Below, piece after piece: positions 34,179 to 46,697 of a stretch of DNA of 64,000 nt. The notes beneath the pieces were generated by a model that was not told where the DNA came from, did no database searches, and saw nothing but the letters and a program-made list of their open reading frames with translations. The position numbers and the translations under genes were made by a program. The DNA comes from Sminthopsis crassicaudata (Eukaryota), in assembly GCF_048593235.1 (NCBI RefSeq), contig NC_133622.1, positions 246,144,055-246,208,054 of the forward strand, written 5' to 3'. Every line of letters starts with the position of its first letter. The stretch's first letter is position 1.

Positions 34179-36376
34179 CAAGTAGAAATAAATAGGCACA
34201 CGTACATTTACAATTCATTCATTTAAACATGCATGTGCAATACCTACACATGTGCACACACATGTGTTTGCATGCTCTAGTTTTCTGGGTAGGAATTTAA
34301 ACTTTTTGTTTCTTATTTGTTCATTTGTAAAATGACATGGTTGGCTTGATGAACTCTATTTCCTCTAAGGTTTTTAGCCATGATTTTGCCAAAATTTTTC
34401 CTCATACCTTAAGCTGGAATTAATATTCAATACTTTTAACTTTATACATTGTCTTTTTTAGGTATGTATTACATTAATTTTCCATTACACCTACATGAAT
34501 AAATGCCTTATGTATCTTGGTGGATTCTCTCTTCACTTTCCCAATCACATACATCTAGGTCAAGTGGTACAAATAATGGTTGTCTTGAAGTGATCGTGTG
34601 TACTTCAATTACCACTGTATGAAGTTACTATTATACAAAATATGCTGATTGGCTTCTAATTCAGGGAAAATATCTTGTCTGAAGTTAAAAATGCAACTAC
34701 TTCAGGGATTTGTACTAATTAGGGCTTTGTTAAATTCCATATAAGAAAGATATTTTCATCGTTGTCTTTATATTCCTAGGACTTTTATAAAGCATAGAAT
34801 AAGCATTTTATAATTTATTGTATATTAATTTGAAATTTCTTGAGAACTGAAGCCTTTTTTATTTAACTTTATATACACCTATCACTACTACTTAACCTAA
34901 AATCTCTTTCATGGGAGACTATTGATGAAAATTAATTATTTNNNNNNNNNNNNNNNNNNNNNNNNNNNNNNNNNNNNNNNNNNNNNNNNNNNNNNNNNNN
35001 NNNNNNNNNNNNNNNNNNNNNNNNNNNNNNNNNNNNNNNNNNNNNNNNNNNNNNNNNNNNNNNNNNNNNNNNNATGGATGGACAGAGAAGAGGCCTTTTT
35101 AAAATGCTCATGAGTTAAGTGGCAATGTAATGTAGGGACTCCCCTTAGCTCTCCCAAATTCCCTTCCAAACAACTTTAAAGTAAAGCATAAAATTTGAGC
35201 CTAAAAGGCATAAATGACAAAAAAATCAGGATAAAAGAATTTTCCATCCTGAGGTTGGAGAGGAGATTTGCAGTAAAGATTTCATAGGAGTGATGGTTAG
35301 GCTTGGAATGCAGTGTAGACTGCAATTTGGAAACCAACAGTGGGCCATGGGATTTGCTGTTTTTTTCCCTAGGTTTGGGAATAAGAACTCTAGCAAAATT
35401 TTTTGGGAAAACTGAAAAGCTTTTTTTTTTTTTTTTTTTTTTTTTTGCCAAAAGCTCATTATAGAACATATCATCTCCCAAGATAAAGTAAAAATGGGTA
35501 CCTGATTTTGTCACAAAAGTTTATTGGATCAACAAATTACAGGAGCATGGAATATTTTACTTGTCAAATCTTTAGAGAAGTGAAGAATTTATGACTAAGA
35601 TATAAATAACTTTATGAAATTCAAAATGGACAAATTATATTATATTAAATTAAATTTTTTTTGCACAAACAAAATAAATGCAACTAAGATTATGAGAAAA
35701 ACAGAAAATTGGGAGATAATTTTTACTACTGGTGTTTCTGTGAAAGGCCTCATGTATAATGCATGTAATGAGGTGAATCAAATTGATAAGAATATAAATC
35801 CTTCCCCCATTAATAAATAGTGAAAGGTATGAACAATTTTCACATGAAGAAGTTAAAGCTATTTATAGTCATATGAAAATACTCTATATCACTATTGCTT
35901 AAAAACATGCAAATTAAAACAACACTGAGGTATCATTTAACACCTCGTAGATTGACTCATGATAGAAAAGGAAAATGATAACAGGTGGATGTGCAGAGAA
36001 AAGGAGGATACTTTAGGCAGTATTAGCTGAGATGTGAACTGAAATGACAAATTTGAAGAACATTTTTGAAGTATGACTAAAGGGCTATAAAACTATGAGT
36101 ACCCTTTGTTCTAGCATTATAATTATTTGGTCTATATCCCAAATAGATTTAAAGAAAGGAGCAAGAGGAAGGACTTATTTATATAAAAATATTTATGTTG
36201 GCTCTGTCTATGTTGATAAAGAATTTGAAAGGCCCATCAATAGTGGAACGATTTAAGCAGTATATAATTGTAAAAAAAAAATAAAATAATGATAATGTTA
36301 GAAAAACCTGGAACTACTTATATACAAAGTTAACTGAACAGAATCATGAGAACATTGGACACAGTAAAATGAATAA

Positions 36377-36797
36377 TATTAAAGTGGAAAAGCATGGGAC
36401 TATGAGAAATAATCTTGAATCTTTGTAGTTAGAAGTTTATTATTGTTCTTCACTGCCTATTGCAGATGGTAGTTTTAACAACCCAGATGTACTGTCCTGA
36501 ATGATTTTGATGCCCTGATAAGCTTAAAGAAATACTGCTTGTTGCTGCTTGGGAATGACCCTCTTAGAGTAGTAACTTTTTGCCTCCTGTTTAGAATAGA
36601 AATTCTTTTATTATGACAAATGTATCAAGAAACATTTTGATGTCTCTCTCTCTTCTTTCTATATATATATGGCCCTGAGGCCACTCATGACTGATCCCTC
36701 CAGGCTTGGTGTTGGGGAATCAGTCCTGGCCAGAAATAAATGCTCTTAAAACTTCATTATTTTGATTGCCCTGTTTTTCTCTCACCTGGGTACTTCA
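36377..36797 (+). mobile_element. Probable solo LTR (~420 bp) inserted in L1
   Basis: Absent from the paralogous position at about 22130. Ends in CA with AATAAA about 60 nt from the 3' end. The 5' end and TSD are not clean. Confidence 0.45.
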
Positions 36798-37165
36798 ATA
36801 TAAGATGATCAACTGTGCTATACTCAACAATATAATGATCCAAGACAATTTTCTATGGACCTGTGATGAAAAATGCAATACACATCTAAAGAAAGAAATG
36901 AATGAAGATTAAAGTAGGCAATTTTTGTCCTTTTTTGGTTTCTATTTTCTTTCACAAAATTATTAACACAAATATATTTTTCATAATCACAAATATATAA
37001 ATTATATGAAATTGTTTATCATCTCAGGGAGAAGTTATTAATTAGAGGAAGGAAGAGAATTGGGAAGTTAAAAAAATTTAAAAATTAGTGCTAAAATTGT
37101 TTTTACATGTAATTGGGAAAAATAAGATAATAGAGAAAAAACAAAAATCTGAAGTCTGATGTGTA

Positions 37166-37212
<47 letters not shown>
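37166..37212. repeat. (TATC)n microsatellite
   Basis: Seen directly. Confidence 0.95.
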
Positions 37213-38836
37213 ATGTCCAGGATCATGTGAATCTTTGGGCAATTATATTGTGGTATAATATAGTGGCACTGGTGTAAAAGGCAAACAAATTGTTTTAACT
37301 TGTTGAAGTTGATTAAATATCTAAAATGAACATTAAATAAGAGAGCAGCTATCTTAGAGAATGTCACAATCTAATATCCAACTCCCTAGGAAAGAGGAAA
37401 TATATCTGAGAGGGATTCATCTCTGTTTATATCTAGCAGATAATCAAGAGGATCAAGAATCTATTGGTTCTGGTCTACCCAAATACCAACATTTGTTTAG
37501 CCCTTCCACAACCATTGGTTTTCCAATTGTTTGAGAATTTTGTCAGAATTTGTCAGAAGAACTTATCTGAAATAACAGAATGCATGGTTATTAATAGCAT
37601 GAAAAAATTACAAACCTGACAATGATATAAATGCAAAAAAAGGGTGAACTTTTTAAGACTGAAATCGATTTATCATTTTTTAGCTGTGTGCAACTCTCCA
37701 CGACTCATTTGCATTTTTCTTGGCAAAGATGCTGGAGTGGTTTGCCATTTCATTTTCCAGTTCATTTAATAGATGAGGATCTGAGGCAAACAAGATTATG
37801 TGAGTGGAAAATTGAGGAAATAATCAGGTTTTTTTCAGTTACTTTTCAGTTTCAGTCACTCTTTGTGACCCAATTTTTGTGTTTTCTTGCTCAGGTTACT
37901 GAAGGGATTTGCCATTTCCTTCTCCAGCTTATTTTTCAGATGAGTGAGAAAAACAGGGTTAAGTGACTTGTTTAGGTTTACACAGCTAGTAAAAATATAA
38001 AGTTAGGTTTGAACTTGGAAATTTGAGTCTTCTTTTCTCCACGCCAGCAATAAATCTCCTATGTCATCAAGTTGTTCTGACATCAAGTTCTCTGGAAAAG
38101 GCAAAATTAGATGATATATTTGGAATTACAAGTAGTGGAAAATTTAAATGTGTTAATAACTTTTAAAATTGTGAGTTGTTTTATTTATTAATTTATAAAA
38201 TGAGATATTGATGAGACTGTTGTTATTCAGTCATTTTTTCATATGGGTGATATGAAAAAATTTTCTAGTTCACTGTAGATTAAAGAAATGCAACGAAAAC
38301 CCTCAAACATTGAGGAACCATATCAGGTTAACTAACACGATAGAAAAACAAATGCAGGAAGGAATATGGAAAGATAGAGATACAATGTACTATTGGTTCC
38401 ACCATTCTAGGAAATCATTTGTAGCTATGCTTAAAAGTCTATACGATTGTGAAAGCTATCAATTTCACTTCTCGTCCTATTTCACAAAGAGATCAAAGAA
38501 AAAAAAATACTATAGATCTATGCAAACATATTTATAGTAGGCATCTTTGTGATGGCAAAGAATTAGATATTAAGAGGATGCTGTCAATCGAGGAGTATTG
38601 CATTATATGATTTTGATGGAATACTATTGTTCTGTAAGAAAAGATTAGAAAGATGGTTTCAAGGGGGAAAACCATGGAGTAACTTGTATGGATTAATATA
38701 GTGAGCTGAGTGGAATCAGAAAACAGGAATTTTCCAAAAAATATTTATTTTTAACATTTAAATTTTAACTTCTCTACTACTTATATTTAATAATAGAATG
38801 CATGATAAGCAGTAGCAGTACATTTTATGGCTGATA

Positions 38837-38916
38837 TTTTAATGAGGCTAAAGGGAGAACATTTTTCATCATGTTGCTTAAAAATATATTCTATTTTATC
38901 TAATTATTCTCAAGGG
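38837..38916 (+). promoter_or_regulatory. Candidate OR promoter module for OR gene 4 (upstream O/E part deleted)
   Basis: TTTTAATGA 38837-38845, TAATTA-T-TCTCAAGGG 38901-38916. Confidence 0.6.
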
Positions 38917-41913
38917 TTGGGTCAGAGGATCCATAGTATTCAAGAATATGATGCTATTTACATTGAATACTCTGGTGATTTCTCAGCACCTTCTCTAAAA
39001 GACACTGGGCAATCAACATATTTTACTAATTCGACAACATAAGAATCATCAAAATCTCCACAATGCCTGCAGAGTTGAATAGCTCGCCATGCTTTTGAGT
39101 CTTTAAATGAGAATAGAATGTATTGGTGAGGGAAGTGATAGTTTTGAGATTCATTTTAGAATTATAAGTAAATAGTACATCGACAATGACAACATACACT
39201 GGAACATACACATATCAAAACAAGTTACTCAGGTACTGTCCTTTTCATGATGGTTACAATTATTTTTCTTTGCTGATTCTTTTGTGTGAAAGGCATTTTA
39301 GCTTCACAGTGTGAATAGTATGTTAGGTTGGAATTAAGACCTTAGCCTGAATTCTGTTTCTGACTCTTCTGATCTGTGTAATCTTTTTGACTTCCCTTTG
39401 AGATTTTCTTATATGTATCAGTTGCACAAGCTTATTTGCTTAACCTAGCTGTAACATGTGCATAGTATAATCTTTGTAGCTCACAAAGTTATTCCGAGAC
39501 TTCATCGGAGATGATATATATCTATAACTATATATCTATATAAAACATACTTTGGGAATATGAAAAATTCCATGGAAACATGAGTCATATGGTTCTTATC
39601 TATGATCATAGACTCCAGTCTACCTTCCATTAATTGGAAAATTGTAATACTGATCACAAGGAGTGTTGAGCAAGAGGGACAATTTCTTGTTACACTTTGT
39701 CTATAATTTAAACTTTGTCATAGAGCACTCCAGAAATCACTGGAGCACATAGGAGCTGTGTATAAGTTCTAACTTCACTTCTTTGTTACTATCTATCTAA
39801 TCTTTTACTTACCTCTTTTTATATAGATACATATATATACACATAAATACATGAGTATATAAACACTCTTTCTTTTATATAAACACAATTTATTATAGCT
39901 ATACATGTAAGATACAATTATGTATATGTAGATACACACTCACATATCTGTACATCTGCATATCATTACATCAATACCTCAGTTATATTCTTTCATATTT
40001 ATTTCCTATTATCTATCTCTTTATATGTTTATTTAGATATCCACATATCCTTCTGTCTCTAACTATATTTCTCCATCTTTGCCTCTACCTTTATCTTTGT
40101 CTTATTCTATCTACATTGGTAGACAAAGTTTTCTCTCCAGCAGGTATCTGTAGACATAGAATCACCCTGACATTTCTAATTCCTTTTCTCAATTGATTAG
40201 CTCTTTCATTAGTTCATGCTTATAATAGCTGAGCTGGGGAGATAGATTCCATTCAAATGGTAAGAAATAGTATGCTGAGAATATAAGAATCATAAATATT
40301 AGCTCTGTTAAGGGCAGTATAGCATTCATTTTATAGATAATAGGACAGATTCTCAGAGGAAGCAAGAAGCCAGAGATGAAAAGGTGACCCTAAAGGTGAA
40401 ATGCATAGAAGGGAGTAAAACTAGCTTTGAAAATTAGATCTCCTGAATTCCTAGTTCTAGTTTCTCATCATTGAATCAGATGGAAAGCATATATTACCCT
40501 TAGCCTAGGTTTTCTCTGACTAAGGGAAAGGTCCCTTCACAAGAACAAAGAGAAACCTTATTCACAAATTTTTTTTTTCAGTGAATGAGGATTAAAAGGG
40601 AACATATTCAAGAAGAGCAAGGAACAAAAAATGTTCAAATTTATGGGCACAATTGGGACGTGTGTTTCTTTTACGAAAGCAGAGTCACTAATGGGTACAG
40701 TCTTAGCAAGAATGAGGAAGCACATCTGAAAAATAATATATTGACCAGTTGTTTTGTAAACTCAGAATCAGAGCTCTTGAAAAGCTTAGCAAGTGCAAAA
40801 AAAAAAAGGCTGCAAAAATGAGAATAACAAAGGAAATAAACAAAAATATGTGGAGCATTTTGGAAGAGATTTCATTTTTATTCTATCACATCCTTTTTAG
40901 TTTAAGTCCATGACAAATCTTAAACCATATGTATTGATTATTTGACTGGAGGATAAAGCAATTGAGCATCCAATAGCACTGCATAGCATTTCAGACTTAA
41001 AGTCAAGAAGACTCAATTTCATGAGTTCAAATCTTGCCTCAGATAATTATTGACAATGTGACCCTGGGCAAGTCATTTAACCCTATTTGTCTTAGTTCCT
41101 CATCTGTAAAATAAGCTGAAGAATGAAATGGCAACCTGTTGCAGTTTCTTTGCCAAGAAAAGCCCAAATTGGGTCATAGAATGTCAGAACTGAAAGATGA
41201 TTTAACAGCAACAGAGTAATCCTTGTTAATGTTTTCATAGCTCTTTGTATTTATTTTTATAAGAATGAAACTACTTTTATAGAGAGAATAATTGGTTTCA
41301 TATTCTGGCTTTGCTATTAATGGTTTTTGTTACTATGTACGAAACGTTGAATCATTTTGAGCTTTTGTGAAAAAATATTATCAATAAAATCAGCTTAATT
41401 TTAGTAAGGTTTTAATACTTTCAAACCACTTTTCTGGACACAAACCTATGAAATATGTATTAAAAGTGTTAAATTTTCCCTCATTTCATCTTTATCTCAC
41501 TATCTATCCTGATCTATAAATAGATGTATGGATAGACATATAATTATGTATGTATATAGCTACATAGATGTGTGTATATAAATACATGTATTTATATGTG
41601 TAAATATGCATGTTCTCACATATCTGTATTTATGTTTGCATGTACATGCTCGAAAGCCATTTCTGACCTTAGTGGTGATAGTTTTCTTTATTATCTTTGT
41701 AATTCACTTTCCGAATTGTTCATCATATATAACTTCCTCTGATCATTTTGCAAGGCTAAGCTTTTAAAACTTGGTTCCAGAACTATTGGAATTAGCCTCA
41801 TCATTTCTACACAAGCTTTGCTTTCAGCTGATTTTGACCTTAAAATACAGTGTAATTTTGCTTTTGCTCAAGTTTAATGGGACAAATTAGTTTCCAACTT
41901 CTAACTGAATACA

Positions 41914-42054
41914 GTTTTTTTTTCCTGAGGCTGGGGTTAAGTGACTTGCCCAGGGTCACACAGCTAGGAAGTGTTAAGTGTCTGAGACAGATTTGAACTC
42001 CGGTCCTCCTGAATTCAGGACTGGTGCTTTATCCACTGCACCAACTAGCTGCCC
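41914..42054 (-). mobile_element. Full-length WSINE1-like SINE with 13-bp TSD
   Basis: TSD ctaactgaataca at 41901-41913 and 42055-42067. Minus strand starts GGGGCAGCTAG with A and B boxes, a CORE segment and an A tail. Absent from the paralogous units. Confidence 0.9.
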
Positions 42055-42158
42055 CTAACTGAATACAATTTTATTTCTTTCTTTCTTTTCAACAGTTTGG
42101 GCCTCCCTGATACTTAAACTTTTATTTGTTTTCAGTTAAATTACAGCACTGCAGTAGG

Positions 42159-43085
42159 ATGAGCAACTTGTCAATCATCACAGAATTCCTCCTCATGGAG
42201 TTTTCCAGCACACGTGAGCTGCAGGTCTTACATGCTGTGCTGTTCCTGCTGATTTACCTGGCAGCCCTTCTGGGGAACCTTCTCACCTGTGCTGCAATTA
42301 TCACTGACCCACACCTTCACTGTCCTATGTATTTTTTCCTGAGTAACTTATCCCTTGTGGATATCGGCAACATCTCTGTCACACTTCCTAAGTTCATTGT
42401 GAATTCCTTATGTGGCGTTCAGTCCCTGTCCCTCCTGGGATGTGCTGCCCAGATGTTCTTCTTTCTTTTCTTTGTAGTCACTGAGTTTGCTTTGCTTGTG
42501 GCCATGTCCTATGACCGCTTCATAGCCATCTGCCAGCCCCTCCACTATGGTATCATCATGACCCCAGCACGTTGTCTCTGGGCAGCAGCTGGCTCATGGC
42601 TCAGTGGGCTTCTTTATTCAGCTGTACACACAGGAAACATGTTCCGGCTGCCCTTCTCAGGTTCCAATGTGATCCACCAATTTTTCTGTGACATCCCTCA
42701 TGTCTTGAAAGTTTCAACCTCTGATGTGTTTAATACTGAGTTTGTATTAATTGTAGTAAGCTTGTGCTGTTTGTTATGCTGCTTTGCCTTTTTAATCACA
42801 ACCTATGCTCGCATTTTCTCCAGTGTGCTCAAGATTCCTTCTGTGGAAGGACGCTACAAGGCTATTTCCACATGCTCCCCTCAGTTGATAATCCTCATGT
42901 TATTTCTTGTGTCTGGAATGATTGCAGTCCTCAGGGAGGCATCAGACACATCACCTATCCAAAACCTTTTAATTGCAATGGCTTATACAACATTACCTCC
43001 CCTGCTGAACCCTCTCATCTATAGCCTGAGGAACCAGAAGGTCACAGCTGCCATGGGCAAGATGATCAAGAGAATGTTTTTTTAA
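42159..43085 (+). CDS. Olfactory receptor, family 14-like (OR gene 4), 308 aa, intact
   Basis: Same OR motifs; ATG at 42159. Confidence 0.96.
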   Translation: MSNLSIITEFLLMEFSSTRELQVLHAVLFLLIYLAALLGNLLTCAAIITDPHLHCPMYFFLSNLSLVDIGNISVTLPKFIVNSLCGVQSLSLLGCAAQMFFFLFFVVTEFALLVAMSYDRFIAICQPLHYGIIMTPARCLWAAAGSWLSGLLYSAVHTGNMFRLPFSGSNVIHQFFCDIPHVLKVSTSDVFNTEFVLIVVSLCCLLCCFAFLITTYARIFSSVLKIPSVEGRYKAISTCSPQLIILMLFLVSGMIAVLREASDTSPIQNLLIAMAYTTLPPLLNPLIYSLRNQKVTAAMGKMIKRMFF

Positions 43086-44399
43086 AGAAAGAAATGTTGA
43101 TCCATGAAAACACAAAGATGCTGAAGAATATGTTTGTTAAATATGTAAGGTGACACGAGGTAGCCTAAAACAGGGAGAAATGAACCAAGAATAATAGCCC
43201 ACAGAAAATAGCCCTTTAGATGAAATGTTTCATGGGATGGAGTGAATCTATAATGTATTTTCATATAACCCAGACACATCCTACAAGGGGTTATTGTCTT
43301 TAGTGGAATTATCATGACATTAGCCCATCATCTTTGGGCAGTTGTGCCATCAAAAGAATGGAGGGAGCACTCATTGATTTCCCTCCCAGCCAATGGTAGA
43401 TAAGCTTAACAAAAAGTATCCATAAAGATGGTTGTATTGTTCCCCTCTCCAACTCCTTTTCACCTTAGCATATTTCTTGTCTTTTCAGTGTCATACTTTT
43501 GCTTCCACCCATCTTTATAATTGTCCTCCTTTTTTGCATGTTGGATCTTCAAATATATATATTTATATATATATAATATATATACATATACATACAAACA
43601 TTTCTATACATGTATGTATATATGCATACATAAGTATATACATACACATTAATTCTCTTACACATATACACTCATATATTTATGTAGAAGTTCCCTGGGA
43701 AGTTAAACTCTGTTTTGTAAATTGGCTTAGTTGTAAAATGAGAAGTTGGGCTTATTGACTACTATAGTACTTCTACCTCTATTTTGAAGTTATGATTTTT
43801 ATCAAATCTTTGCTCCTTTGTAAATTGTAAGTCATCTTTCATTACACCTGCTTTTATGATTTATTTATCTTTTTTCTCCTCTGTGTTTGCTGCATTTTAT
43901 TTTCTATTACATTTAGAAGTATAAATGCCTTATCTCTCCCGGTGGATCCTCTGTTCACTTTCCAATAGCATAAAATTAAGTCAATTGTTAAAAATAATGG
44001 CTTGCTTGAAGGGATAATGCATATTTAAGCTGTAATAATCTGAAATTACAATTATAAAAATGTAGTAATTGGTAATTGTAGTAAATTGTAGTTCAAGGGA
44101 AATATCTGATGTGAACTTAAAAAATGCAGCCACCTTAGAGGATTCATTAATTGTCCTCATTAGGACATTGTAAGCTCTTGATGGCAAAGACAATTTAATT
44201 TTTGCCTTTATATCCCTAGCCCCTAACACAGTTTTTTTAAAGCACACAGAAGTTGCTTAATAAATTATTATATATCAACTATAAGGATCTTGAGTACAGA
44301 AGCCTTCTTTTCTTTTTCTTTATATTTGCCTATCATCTAGCATAGCATCTCTTCCTTAGGAGTCAATTAATGAAAATGTTTCTAATTGAATAGCTGGAG

Positions 44400-44675
44400 G
44401 GAACAAGAGACAACAGAAGGAGAGAAGGGGATAGATACAGAGATATAGAGAGAAATAGATCCAGAGAGAGATAAAGAGACAAAGAGGCAGAGAGACAGAG
44501 AAAGACAGATACAAAGAAAAACAGAGACAGAGGCAGAGACAGAAGCAGAGACTAGAGACAGACTGACAAAGAAATATATACAGACACAGAGAAAGAGATA
44601 GAAAGACTGACAGATACAGATATAGACTGAGACAGAGACTGATAGAGATTGAGACAGAGAGATAAAAAGAGAGAT
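44400..44675. repeat. GA/GACA-rich simple repeat (paralogous tracts at about 20690-20835 and 55478-55635)
   Basis: Seen directly. Confidence 0.85.
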
Positions 44676-46370
44676 TGTAGTATGAATGAATAGTTAAATA
44701 GATGGTTGAACAGTATAAAAATGTATTTCCTTTTTGCCTTCTAAAAAGTTGGGATGGCAGAATAAAGGCAAGAATTTAACTGAGATCTCCCAAAGTACCC
44801 TCCAAATGACTTTAAAATTATGCATAAAATTGAATTCTTTAGTAGTATAACCAGAAAAAAGTATAAAAGTATTTTTCAACCGCAGACTTGAGATTAGGTT
44901 GGCAAGAAAGACCTGCCTCACCAGTATGTTGGTGACTCCTGAAGTATAATGAAGTATAGATTGCACCTGGAACATCAAGAGTGAACCATGGGATTGGTTG
45001 CTTTATTCCTAGGTTTTGGGACAAGAACACCATATTTTACAAAATTTCTGGGAAAATGGCAAAGCATTTTGTCTGAAACTAGATATAGAGAAATGTCTCT
45101 CTTCATATACCAAGTTAAAGTGAAAATAGTACCTGATTGAAACATAATTTTATAAAGTATAGGTGAATAGAATATTTTACCTTTCAGATTTATGGAGGAA
45201 GGAAGAATTTATGATCTAACAAGAGATAGATAACATTATGAATGACAAAACAGATGATTTAGATTACATTAAATTAAAATATTTTTGCACAAACAAAACC
45301 AATGCAACCCAAGATTAGGAGGAAAGAAGAGAAATGGGAAACAATTTTTACAGTCTTTGTTTTTGAAAAAGGCCTCATTTCTAAAATATATTGAGAACTG
45401 AATCAAATTCATAAGAAAACAAATCTTTTCCCCATTGACAAAGGATCAAAGGTTTGTATGTGAAGAAATTAAAGTTATGTATATTTGTATGAAAAAATAT
45501 TCTAATTCACTATTGATTAGAAAAATGCAAATAAAAATAATTTTGAAATACCACTTCATACCTAATAGGAATTTGCCATTTTAAAATTTTTTATTATTTT
45601 AATTTAAATTTATTATTATTATTGCATGAATCTAATAGGTTGACTCATATGATGGAAAAGGAAAATGATAATAGGTTGGATGGGATGAGAAAAAATTGGG
45701 ATATCAATGTAGTTAGTTGAGTTGTGAACTCAATGTGACAGTTTTGGAAAGCAACTTGGAAGTATGCCTAAAGTATTATAAAACTCTGCATACCCTTTGA
45801 TCTGGCAACACCACTATAAGGTCTATATCATAAGGAGATGACAATATAAGGGAGAATGGGAAGGACTAATTTGTATAAGATATTCATGGCAACTCTTTTT
45901 GTAGTGGCAGAGAATTGAAAATTTTCAGCAATAGGGGAATAGTTGAACAAGTTGTGGTTTATAATTGGAAAAAAAAGCAATGAATAGGAAAACCTGGAAA
46001 TACTTACATGAACTGATGCAAAATGAAGTGAACAGATCCAGAAGAATGGATATACAGTATATAGTATACAGCAAAGGACTACTATAACATGATCAAGTGT
46101 TAATAACTTAGCTGTACTCAACAATACAATGATCAAAGTCAATTTCCAAAGGACTATATGAGTCTGAATGCAGATGAAAGCCTACTATTTTTCACTTTAT
46201 TTCTTTTGTGTATTTTTTTTTATTCTGTGTTTTCCTTCACAACATAACTAATACTGAAGTGTTTTTCACTTTTACATATAGGACACACATAAAATTTATA
46301 TGAAATTTCTTATCTTCCCAGGGAAAAGAGACAGAAGGTAGTGAGAGAGAATTGGGAACTAAAATTATTT

Positions 46371-46538
46371 ATTTATTTTTTATTTTTTTATTATATATAT
46401 TTTTTATAATATCCCTTGTATTCATTTTTCCAAATTATCCCCCCCTCCCTCTACTCCCTCCCCCCGGTGACAGGCAATCCCATACATTTTACATGTGTTA
46501 CAATATAACCTAGATACAATACATGTGTGTAAATACCA
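46371..46538 (-). mobile_element. 5'-truncated L1 3' end with 11-bp TSD
   Basis: TSD taaaattattt at 46360-46370 and 46539-46549. Body resembles 62500-62630. Confidence 0.75.
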
Positions 46539-46568
46539 TAAAATTATTTTTTAAAAATTCTTGTTAAA

Positions 46569-46697
46569 CATATATTAGATTATTTACTGTTTTAGGATAA
46601 GTTTGAGGGGAGGGAAGGGAGGAAAAAAATGAGAACACCAGATGTTGCAAGAGTGAATGTTGAAAACTATGCGCATATTTTGAAAATAAAAAGCTAA
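46569..46697 (+). mobile_element. 5'-truncated L1 3' end of a different subfamily with 16-bp TSD
   Basis: TSD aaaaattcttgttaaa at 46553-46568 and 46698-46713. Body resembles 60560-60670. Confidence 0.75.

Larger units (their letters stand above)
35100..38760. mobile_element. Old L1 remnants of the duplication unit, with Mar1/MIR SINEs at about 37680-38060
   Basis: Collinear with 20880-23700. Confidence 0.6.

Noticed and set aside
34187-34192. AATAAA right after the provirus as the displaced OR gene 3 poly(A) signal
   Set aside because: Not present at the paralogous position in the gene 2 unit; AT-rich context makes chance likely.
38827-39042. Conserved block as a small protein-coding exon (…IEYSGDFSAPS…)
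   Set aside because: The frame is broken by indels or stops in the other copies; a promoter or UTR explanation fits better.
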